This document shows, piece by piece, positions 36,380 to 44,499 of a stretch of 64,000 nucleotides of DNA. The notes beneath the pieces are model-generated. The model did not search any database and was not told the DNA's origin. It saw nothing but the letters and a program-made list of their open reading frames with translations. Source of the stretch: Candidatus Heimdallarchaeota archaeon (lineage in GTDB: Archaea > Asgardarchaeota > Heimdallarchaeia > Hodarchaeales > Hodarchaeaceae); NCBI GenBank assembly GCA_048881705.1, contig JBHLSH010000011.1:1-64000 (forward strand), given 5' to 3'. The number at the start of each line of letters is the position of its first letter. The stretch's first letter is position 1. Made by a program: the position numbers and the translations under genes.

Positions 36380-38005
36380 TCAAAGGACTTTGTAAATCGA
36401 GATATTCTGGATTACCCGAATGTTTGTGAAATCCTCCAAGTTTAGATTAAGATATAGTTTGGTGCTTTTAACAACACTTCCTTCCCAATCTACGGAGATC
36501 ATGAATCTACCAACGAGGTAATACGGAGGAATAATGACGAAGTCGCCAGGAAGATATTCTGATATGGTTTGGAAGACTTTAAAACGCGAATGGTTGATCT
36601 GGGTGAAGGCCAGGAGAGCACGAAACTGATTCCAATCACAATGTATTGTTGACCTTCCCTCGTCCCATTCACTCAAGCTAAGTGCGACTAAATATTCCCC
36701 ACGACCTACTGATGTCTTTAGGAGAAGATTTTCAAAGTTGGAATTTCCCTCAATGAGAACAGATTGGGAACTGGCTACCATAGGTGTAAACGTAATTGGA
36801 TTTATCAAAATACCCAAGATTCCTAGTGCAAGAAACCTTTGACGTCTTTCAAATTCTATTCCTTTTAATTTCTGGAGAATGGCAGCAGTAAGGAAATAAA
36901 TCCCACTGGAAAAGATTCTTTCGGGTCCAAAATCGTCTATGAAGAAGGTACTAGTCAGAAGTAACATAACTGCCACTGTGGACAAATCGAAGAAGAAATT
37001 GGTCTTATTTTTCCGCCATAGGAAAATAAACAAAAGGAAACCAAAAACGGTAAGTATGAATGTTAAGAGGAACCAAAGCGCGGTATTCGTGAAATAGGAA
37101 AGGACGGTAGACGAGATCGAAAATTTCATTACCATATTAAATAGGAAATCTGCCACCAAGGCGACATATCTGGAGATTAAAGGGAGAATTAGAATCCCCA
37201 ATAACAGCGGCCCAAGAAATAATAAGAAAAAATAGCTTCGTAGATCATTATTGGAGATTAAATCCTTTAAATACATTAGATCACCGTGAAAGTCTCTGGA
37301 AGAGTTTCCAAGGTGTTCGGATGTTCTAATGAATATTAATGGAAAAACCACGGTAGCAATGCTGATAAAGAACACAAGGTAATGGGTAAAAAAGATTAAA
37401 GCCATTCCAGCCCCGACCCGCTTGTAAGTTGGATTTAACAAGATTAAAAGAAGCCAAATTAATGCAAACGACTCACGTAGCCCGATCCACCATGAAGGAC
37501 TAATGAAAAAGAATGAATTGACTATTATTGAAGCAATAACAAATGAAAGTGGCTTAGAAGTATATTTGCAGAGAAATATGAACAGAACTACTGATTTTAT
37601 TGCCGCGGTAACTAATAGGAGAATGTGGTAGGCCAAAAGCCACGCATTATTTCCCAAAAAGAGAAATAGAGCTCTACCTAACATGAAGAAGGATAGCAAA
37701 GGGACAAGTGCTAGAGAATAGTTATCAAAAAAACTGATGTTAAGGGGATCCATAGTATATTGGATGTTCTGACTAAGTTGCGTAAATACTCGTAGTTCTC
37801 CCGCTTGGTCGATTCCGACAAACACTATGTCGCGCCCCCAGAAAATTACCCAATATTCAACTAGAATTTGCATCAATAACAATGATAAAGGTAATATCCT
37901 TCCCCTACGAGTCTGCCAATCTAGGCCTACGGCTGTTGAAATCATTATAGCAAGTGTTATAAGAATTATTACTGCTATAAAGAATAAATTCAGGAAATAG
38001 GTCAT
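36380..38005 (-). CDS. Multi-pass membrane protein (GT-C or polymerase-like) in the glycosylation cluster
   Basis: More than ten TM segments, a loop with an acidic pair near the N-terminus and a soluble C-terminal domain; co-oriented with GT genes. Confidence 0.55.
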   Translation of the reverse strand: MTYFLNLFFIAVIILITLAIMISTAVGLDWQTRRGRILPLSLLLMQILVEYWVIFWGRDIVFVGIDQAGELRVFTQLSQNIQYTMDPLNISFFDNYSLALVPLLSFFMLGRALFLFLGNNAWLLAYHILLLVTAAIKSVVLFIFLCKYTSKPLSFVIASIIVNSFFFISPSWWIGLRESFALIWLLLILLNPTYKRVGAGMALIFFTHYLVFFISIATVVFPLIFIRTSEHLGNSSRDFHGDLMYLKDLISNNDLRSYFFLLFLGPLLLGILILPLISRYVALVADFLFNMVMKFSISSTVLSYFTNTALWFLLTFILTVFGFLLFIFLWRKNKTNFFFDLSTVAVMLLLTSTFFIDDFGPERIFSSGIYFLTAAILQKLKGIEFERRQRFLALGILGILINPITFTPMVASSQSVLIEGNSNFENLLLKTSVGRGEYLVALSLSEWDEGRSTIHCDWNQFRALLAFTQINHSRFKVFQTISEYLPGDFVIIPPYYLVGRFMISVDWEGSVVKSTKLYLNLNLEDFTNIRVIQNISIYKVL

Positions 38006-38013
38006 CTAGGGAA

Positions 38014-39090
38014 TCACATGTTAGTTACATCTTCAAGAACTTCCTCGATTTTATCGAGGGACTTTTTCCATGAGAATTTCCTTGCATAATCAATATGTTT
38101 CAAGGCAGTTTTCTTTCTTAATTCAGGATTCGAAGCAAGATCTAAAAGCATTTCTTTAAATTGTTCGCTATTTTGTGCTAAAGAAAGTCCAATATTTGCG
38201 AACTCCCTATGGCTCCCCTTATTGAATGCAACGATCGGGATTCCACTCCTCATAGCTTCGAAAATGGGAAGATCAAATCCTTCCCATGACGAATATGTGG
38301 CATAAATGTCAGCAGCGCTGTAAATCCCACATAGATCAGCATCATTAAGAGAACCAAAATACTTTACGGTGTCTTTATGGTCTTCAACCACCTGAAGTAA
38401 CTTGGTGGCATATTTTCTATCGTAAGTTGCAGATCCGATCAATATCAAAGCGAGAGAAGGTTCAATGGAACGTAGGTCACTTATCGTGGCAATAAGCTTG
38501 TGTATTCGTTTGTGAGGGCTCCAACGCCCTACAAACAAAACCACGATTCGTTTCTTTAGATCTAATTCTTTGCGAATCTTCTCTCTTTTGACTGAGGAGA
38601 AAGAAAAATTATCCGTAATCCCATTGTATATAACTGTGGACTTTCTTCGATAAACTATCCAATTAATACGCTCTAAAAACCTACTTATAGTTATAATACG
38701 GTCCGCAAGCCATAGGCTTGGTATACGCATAAAGAATTCCAAAGAATATCGAATCTTCGCATTCCCGCCAAACAACCAAGGGAATGCTGTTCCATGATCA
38801 TGGATTACCAAAGGACGCTTTAGTTTCAACTTTAGATATGCAGAAAGAGGTTCAAGAATCCCATAATGGCAATAAATGACATCAGTCTTACGAAACTTCT
38901 CTATATTTATAGATTCGGGGATTTTCTGGATCGCAAACCGAGCTTCCTTGGAAATGCCGCCAGTTGTTAACATAATGACTTCATGCCCTTGATCAATCAA
39001 TCCGTTCCCAATCTGAATCGCGACTCTTGAGACGCCACTTCCAGGATTTACGAATGAATTGAGCAAGAGAATCTTCATGGCTATTCTCAC
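38014..39090 (-). CDS. Glycosyltransferase family 4
   Basis: VIYNGI, LFVGRWSPHKRI, SSWEGFDLPIFEAMRSGIPIV (E-x7-E). Confidence 0.95.
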   Translation of the reverse strand: MRIAMKILLLNSFVNPGSGVSRVAIQIGNGLIDQGHEVIMLTTGGISKEARFAIQKIPESINIEKFRKTDVIYCHYGILEPLSAYLKLKLKRPLVIHDHGTAFPWLFGGNAKIRYSLEFFMRIPSLWLADRIITISRFLERINWIVYRRKSTVIYNGITDNFSFSSVKREKIRKELDLKKRIVVLFVGRWSPHKRIHKLIATISDLRSIEPSLALILIGSATYDRKYATKLLQVVEDHKDTVKYFGSLNDADLCGIYSAADIYATYSSWEGFDLPIFEAMRSGIPIVAFNKGSHREFANIGLSLAQNSEQFKEMLLDLASNPELRKKTALKHIDYARKFSWKKSLDKIEEVLEDVTNM

Positions 39091-39096
39091 AGGATT

Positions 39097-40311
39097 TTAT
39101 TCTGCAAATAATCTCCTAACAGATGAAAAAACTTTGGATCGGGAAAAACGATCACGCAAATACTCGAAGTTCTGTATTGCTAATACATCACGGTTTTTTA
39201 AATTGTAGATCTCCCAAATGTTCTTTTCTAATATATTTATATTTCGAGGTTCACAAAATCGTACCCCCGGCGCTGTTTCACGGCCTCCCCTGTTAACAAC
39301 CCCCTGTGGGCCAGGTATATTGGATATTATGGGAATCGCCCCCATTTGCATTGCTTCAGCGATAACAATTCCGAACCCTTCATTATTGTTCTCTGAGGGT
39401 AGAATTAGACAATCAGCAGCTTTTAATACATCTTGGTATTTGATTCTGTTTAAATATCCTAAGAATTGAACTGATGATCCAATATGTAATAAATTGGACA
39501 AATCCTCATAGAAAGCTCGCATGGGGCCGTCACCAACAACGATTAGACGTGCCTTAGGGCCTCTACGATAAAATCGCCGCCAGGCCCCAAGTACAATGTC
39601 CAGACGCTTGTATGATAATCTTTTACGTAATCCTCCAACGAATACAGCGACAAAAACATCTGGAGAATAACCAAGTTCTTCTTTCTTCCGTTTTTTTTCT
39701 TTTTTAGATAAAGGCTGTGAATTATTTGGCAGGAAGAATGGGGGGATGATAATCAGCTCATTTACATATTTGCCAATTGACATAAAAGATCTGAAATATT
39801 GAAGGGACGAAAATGAGAATTTCTTAATTACCCTACCCCAGATTGCCCATGATATCACCCGATATACTTGAAATAGTCTTTGGAGAACTCCCGTCATGAA
39901 TGTTCCCCCGCCCAATATAACCTCATTAATAACCGTACAAACGACTCTCTTCTTGCTTTTTAGGGCATAAAATACTCCCACATCTAAACTCACGGGGAAG
40001 GGTTTTACGACATGAACGATATCTGGGTTTATTTTTTTTAGAAGCTGATATAATGGTGTGGGATTTATGAGAGGCGAATCATGAATCCACTTCCAAGGTT
40101 GGAGTTGATAGATTGTTGCATTCCCATTTTGAATTAGTGGCCGTTCCGTACCGATAACCATGGATTTATTCGGTGTAGTTGTAACAATAATGACTTCATG
40201 ACCTAGTTGAATTGCAAACCTGGCAATCAACTTGATGTGACTCTGTAGGCCACCAATTGATGGCAAAAAGCTGATTGTTATTATGACGATCTTCTGGGGT
40301 TGACTTGCCAA
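39097..40311 (-). CDS. Glycosyltransferase family 4
   Basis: SFLPSIGG, YKRLD, IVVGDGP, LPSENNNEGFGIVIAEAMQMG. Confidence 0.93.
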   Translation of the reverse strand: MASQPQKIVIITISFLPSIGGLQSHIKLIARFAIQLGHEVIIVTTTPNKSMVIGTERPLIQNGNATIYQLQPWKWIHDSPLINPTPLYQLLKKINPDIVHVVKPFPVSLDVGVFYALKSKKRVVCTVINEVILGGGTFMTGVLQRLFQVYRVISWAIWGRVIKKFSFSSLQYFRSFMSIGKYVNELIIIPPFFLPNNSQPLSKKEKKRKKEELGYSPDVFVAVFVGGLRKRLSYKRLDIVLGAWRRFYRRGPKARLIVVGDGPMRAFYEDLSNLLHIGSSVQFLGYLNRIKYQDVLKAADCLILPSENNNEGFGIVIAEAMQMGAIPIISNIPGPQGVVNRGGRETAPGVRFCEPRNINILEKNIWEIYNLKNRDVLAIQNFEYLRDRFSRSKVFSSVRRLFAE

Positions 40312-40396
40312 AGCGATTTACACCAAGAAAGACTTATTACTTTTCCAGTTCTCGATTAAGTGAAGACTAGGTTAAAGTTTGTGGTTTGATTAGAGA

Positions 40397-41314
40397 GTGA
40401 ATATTACAATATCCATGCTGAAATCCATGAACAGCAACTTCTCTGAGAGTGAATTGGCGATTTTAGCCACTATATGTTATTTCGACATCTTCGACTATCC
40501 ATTAACTGCTCCTGAAATTCACCAGAATCTAGTTCGGACAGCCTTGCCTATTGACTCTATATTAATTGCACTAAAAAATGAACCCCTTCGAAGCATCTTA
40601 GTTCACAAAAACGGTTATTACGTATTAGCTGGACGCGAGGAAATTATCAATATACGAAATTCTCGTTTTGAGTTTTCTCAAAGGCATCTTTGGCCGCTAG
40701 CTATCAGATATGGTTGGTATATCGCAAATCTTCCGTATGTGCGTATGGTTGGCGTTACTGGTAGTTTATCAATGAATAATACTTTCAAATACTCAGATAT
40801 TGATTTCTTCATTGTAGCAAAAGCCAAGCGCGTATGGGTATGTAGGCTTCTCGTTTTTCTGCTACAAAAAGCAAGTGTACTCAATGGTACGGTACTCTGT
40901 CCAAACTACATCATTTCAGAAGAGAACCTCGCTATAAGCGAGCAAGACCTTTTCACTGCATATCAATTAACTCACATAATCCCAATTACAAATACAGCAA
41001 TGTATAAACGGATCTTGAGAAGCAACAATTGGATTTACAAATTCCTACCAAATACTAGAAATGGTAGAAAAGCAAGACTCCCATTCCAGACAAATCACCC
41101 ATTAAAGACTCTGGCAGAATTGGCTTTAAATAATCCCATTGGAATTTGGTTGGATCTTGGAGAACGAGCCCGTGTCCTCAAAAAATATGGTAATATTGAA
41201 TCATCATCAAAAGAGACATCATTTCTTCCCGATAGATATAAGGGGCACTTTTCAGGCCATGCCAAAAGGACTGAGGGGCTTTTCCTGAAAAGATTAGAGG
41301 AAATTTTAATTTAG
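40397..41314 (+). CDS. Pol-beta-superfamily nucleotidyltransferase domain protein
   Basis: VGVTGSLSMNN...SDIDFFIV (GS, DxD) and a third-strand CPNY; N-terminal helical YFDIFDYPLT domain. The real start may be ATG 40415 or 40427. Confidence 0.75.
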   Translation: MNITISMLKSMNSNFSESELAILATICYFDIFDYPLTAPEIHQNLVRTALPIDSILIALKNEPLRSILVHKNGYYVLAGREEIINIRNSRFEFSQRHLWPLAIRYGWYIANLPYVRMVGVTGSLSMNNTFKYSDIDFFIVAKAKRVWVCRLLVFLLQKASVLNGTVLCPNYIISEENLAISEQDLFTAYQLTHIIPITNTAMYKRILRSNNWIYKFLPNTRNGRKARLPFQTNHPLKTLAELALNNPIGIWLDLGERARVLKKYGNIESSSKETSFLPDRYKGHFSGHAKRTEGLFLKRLEEILI

Positions 41315-41391
41315 GAAAATGGAGAAATTTCTTCAATCACGTTCTCCAATGAAAATCCATCAATATTTCCTGTTAGAAAGAACTGGTACAA

Positions 41392-42186
41392 ATGAAATCC
41401 CCCTATTACAGGCAGATTGCCAAATACTATGATCTTGACGCTTTGGATTTTGAGAAACGCTATTCTGCAAACCATATTCTCCAGAAAATCCGAAATGATT
41501 TTCGGAAAGTTACCGAAAGATATGTATGGGATTCTGCTCTTGAAATTGGCCTAGGCCCAGGAATGGACATACTTTACTTCTCTAGAAAATATCCCAGCAG
41601 GGAATTCTATGGAATTGATATAAGCCCAGAAATGATCAAAATTGCCCGAGAAAGAGTCAAGGAAAATCATATCGCCAATGTACACATATTTCATACCGTT
41701 CCAGAGGATCTAGATGGGATAATTACTCCACAGATAGATCTGATTTATTGCTATTTTGGTGCATTAAATACAGTGCGAAGTCTAGAGAGTGTCGTTGAAG
41801 TTTTTGACAAGATTCTATCCATTGATGGTATTTTGGTGCTTACATTTATCAATAAATGGTATTTATTTGATTTAATTTATAATCTGATGCTTTTACGGTT
41901 TCATGCCTCATCTGCGCGCATTAAGAATACCTGGAAAGGATATTCTCCTGATAAAAACCTGAAAACAACCTGTAGATCTTCCAAAGAAATCAGCGAAACA
42001 TTTAATCCAGTTTTCAAATTGGTAGAAAAGAAGGGATATTCAATTTTCTATCCTGCCTGGCCCAGGGCTAGATTTTTCCCACGAGGTAGACTTACTGAAC
42101 TCTTATGGAGGATTGATCAAGGTCTCAACAGGACTGCCCTATGGCAATTTGGTGAATACAGTTTATACGTGTTTAGGAGGAAATAA
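41392..42186 (+). CDS. Class I SAM-dependent methyltransferase
   Basis: ALEIGLGPG (motif I), GIDISPEMI, DLIYCYFGALN. Confidence 0.92.
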   Translation: MKSPYYRQIAKYYDLDALDFEKRYSANHILQKIRNDFRKVTERYVWDSALEIGLGPGMDILYFSRKYPSREFYGIDISPEMIKIARERVKENHIANVHIFHTVPEDLDGIITPQIDLIYCYFGALNTVRSLESVVEVFDKILSIDGILVLTFINKWYLFDLIYNLMLLRFHASSARIKNTWKGYSPDKNLKTTCRSSKEISETFNPVFKLVEKKGYSIFYPAWPRARFFPRGRLTELLWRIDQGLNRTALWQFGEYSLYVFRRK

Positions 42187-43147
42187 TACCGTATTGGCCA
42201 AGTACTTGTGAAATCCCTTGCCTTAAACTTGGGTAAATGGGTTGATATTTTCGATAAAATTCGGAATGATTTGTATCTATTTTCAAAGAAAAATTAAAGG
42301 CTTCCTTAACGGCTCCACCATACCTCCACCTAACGTACAAATTCGAAAATCTTTTTATCGGAAGTCCTGAAAGTTCCGAAATCATACTTGAAAAATCCTT
42401 TTGCCTGATAGGTTTCCCAATAAACAAATTGTAAATCCCCCTTTTCTTCTGAGATGCTATCCAATAAACCATTTCAGCGCAATCTGCAACATGAATAAGA
42501 GACATCCAATTATTCCCTTCTCCGTATAAGGGGACAAAACCGCTTGATTTCATTGGTTTAAGGTAGAATCGCTCAAACCACGAGCCTGATCCATAAATCC
42601 AGCCAGGTTTACAGATTATTAATGGAAACTCTTCATTTAGATTTAACGCACGATATATTGGAAATTCTCCTCTCAAATACTGCTTGGAATAACTTTCCGG
42701 AACTAACCGTGTGCTTTCAGTTACTCTTTCATCTCTGGAGCCATAACTCAGAGATCCAGACAAATAAACCAGTTTTATGTCATGTTCTGACTTGAGGATC
42801 CAATCAGTTAATCCTTTATTAGCGTGGTAGCTTCTGTTTGCTGCGATCATTCTGCCAAGGGATCTTCTACCTGAAATACGTGCTAGATGAAATATTATTG
42901 TCGGGGGGTTTTCCTGAAAAGATTGCCAGGGATAATTAGTGATTGATCCTTCAACCAATCGGATTTTTTTCTTAGAATGGATTTTTCCTTTTTCCAGAGG
43001 TCTCTTATGTATCATACAGGTTATTTGGGCGTTATGATCAATTAGGACCCGTAATAGATGAAGCCCCAAAAAACCGCTCCCTCCCAGCAATAAACATTCA
43101 TTTTCCGGTTGAAATTCGTTTATAGATTGCAGCATGTTTTTGCGCAT
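42173..43147 (-). CDS. NAD-dependent epimerase/dehydratase (extended SDR)
   Basis: LLGGSGFLG, IFHLA, Y-x3-Y..GE region, KPGWIYG, SLIHVADCA. Confidence 0.88.
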   Translation of the reverse strand: MRKNMLQSINEFQPENECLLLGGSGFLGLHLLRVLIDHNAQITCMIHKRPLEKGKIHSKKKIRLVEGSITNYPWQSFQENPPTIIFHLARISGRRSLGRMIAANRSYHANKGLTDWILKSEHDIKLVYLSGSLSYGSRDERVTESTRLVPESYSKQYLRGEFPIYRALNLNEEFPLIICKPGWIYGSGSWFERFYLKPMKSSGFVPLYGEGNNWMSLIHVADCAEMVYWIASQKKRGIYNLFIGKPIRQKDFSSMISELSGLPIKRFSNLYVRWRYGGAVKEAFNFSLKIDTNHSEFYRKYQPIYPSLRQGISQVLGQYGIISS

Positions 43148-44279
43148 TTCCCTGCCAATCTATTCGATTTTTTATAAAAGTTTTATATCCTTGCTCTCCT
43201 ATTTCCTTCGCAATTCTGGGATTTTCCCAAAGGAATTTTAATTCTGAGAATAAATCCTCCGCATCGTGAGGGGAAACCAAAATCCCATTTGCCCGATGTT
43301 CGATATATTGACTTATTCCTTCCCCATTTACCCCAATTATTGGAACTCCTACCGACATAGCTTCAAAATATACAGTACCCATTGCCTCCACAAAACTAGG
43401 TAGGGCAAAGACATCTGACTTTGAAATTCGTTTAACTGCTTCCCTATTTGGTAAGTATCCTGTCAGTTCAACACGCGATTGTATTCGATATTTGGAAATC
43501 AATCTTCTGATGGTTTCAAATTCAGGTCCATCCCCAACCAATACTAATCGTGAGCGCGGATCTACTTTAATTAGCTTAGCAAACGATTCAATGAGGATAT
43601 CAATACCTTTGGTCTTTATAAACCTCGCGACACAAATTACGGTAAAATCGGAGGGGGATTCCTTCTTGAAGGCATAATTATGCACCCCCCAAGGTATTAT
43701 TGAATATGAATGCCTTCCAGCGAGATTTAATCCAATTTCAGTAAGCTTCTTTGAAGCATAGATCACATGATTTGCCTTTCGGATTGTATCAATTATTACT
43801 GTCCTCAGATACTTGTTCTGGGAAGCAACTACCATCAGTTCTGAATCATGAATGGAAACAATAAGCGAGACGTTTCGTTTTAAATCCAAAAGCGCTTGCC
43901 CTGCCAATAAACATGAATGGGCATGAATAACGTCTTCTTCTCCTAGTGCAAAAGACATTACCTCTTTTCGGAGGGCGTTACGATATATAGAACGTTGTAT
44001 CCTATAGAAAACCCCGCCCATTTCTTGAAACCTAGGAATAGAAAGAAATCTTGGATGGATTGTCAAAATATCTTGGTATTTTTCCTTGAGAGGTACTTTT
44101 AAGAGCATATCCCACCGTTCTTTAAGCCCCCTTATTGGTAGAATCCACGGAATAGGAACAATAATGCGTACTTCATATCCTGATTTACTGAAAAGGATAG
44201 CTTGGTCACTGTAAATCCGTCCGGCCATGGGATAAGCTGGAGAGGGGAATCTAGGAGAAACAATCAATATTTTCATCAA
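43098..44279 (-). CDS. Glycosyltransferase family 4 (TuaC-like)
   Basis: FPSPAYP, IHAHS, VARFIKTKGID, LVGDGPE, LPSFVEAMGTVYFEAMSVG. Confidence 0.95.
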   Translation of the reverse strand: MMKILIVSPRFPSPAYPMAGRIYSDQAILFSKSGYEVRIIVPIPWILPIRGLKERWDMLLKVPLKEKYQDILTIHPRFLSIPRFQEMGGVFYRIQRSIYRNALRKEVMSFALGEEDVIHAHSCLLAGQALLDLKRNVSLIVSIHDSELMVVASQNKYLRTVIIDTIRKANHVIYASKKLTEIGLNLAGRHSYSIIPWGVHNYAFKKESPSDFTVICVARFIKTKGIDILIESFAKLIKVDPRSRLVLVGDGPEFETIRRLISKYRIQSRVELTGYLPNREAVKRISKSDVFALPSFVEAMGTVYFEAMSVGVPIIGVNGEGISQYIEHRANGILVSPHDAEDLFSELKFLWENPRIAKEIGEQGYKTFIKNRIDWQGNAQKHAAIYKRISTGK

Positions 44280-44499
44280 ATTCCACCAATCTAACTTTTT
44301 AGAACCAGGTTTTTTTTACCTAGTTAAGAATTAGTTCATTACAAACAAAACCAAGAACATCCACCCCATTGCATTCTTCGCATGTTCACGATAAGGTTTC
44401 ACGATTCCCCTCCCCAAAGCAAGTAGGAATTATCAGTGGTGCCTACAAAACCTTTCCACATATAAGAATCCCGTTTGTAACTAGAATTGTGATCCCCAG

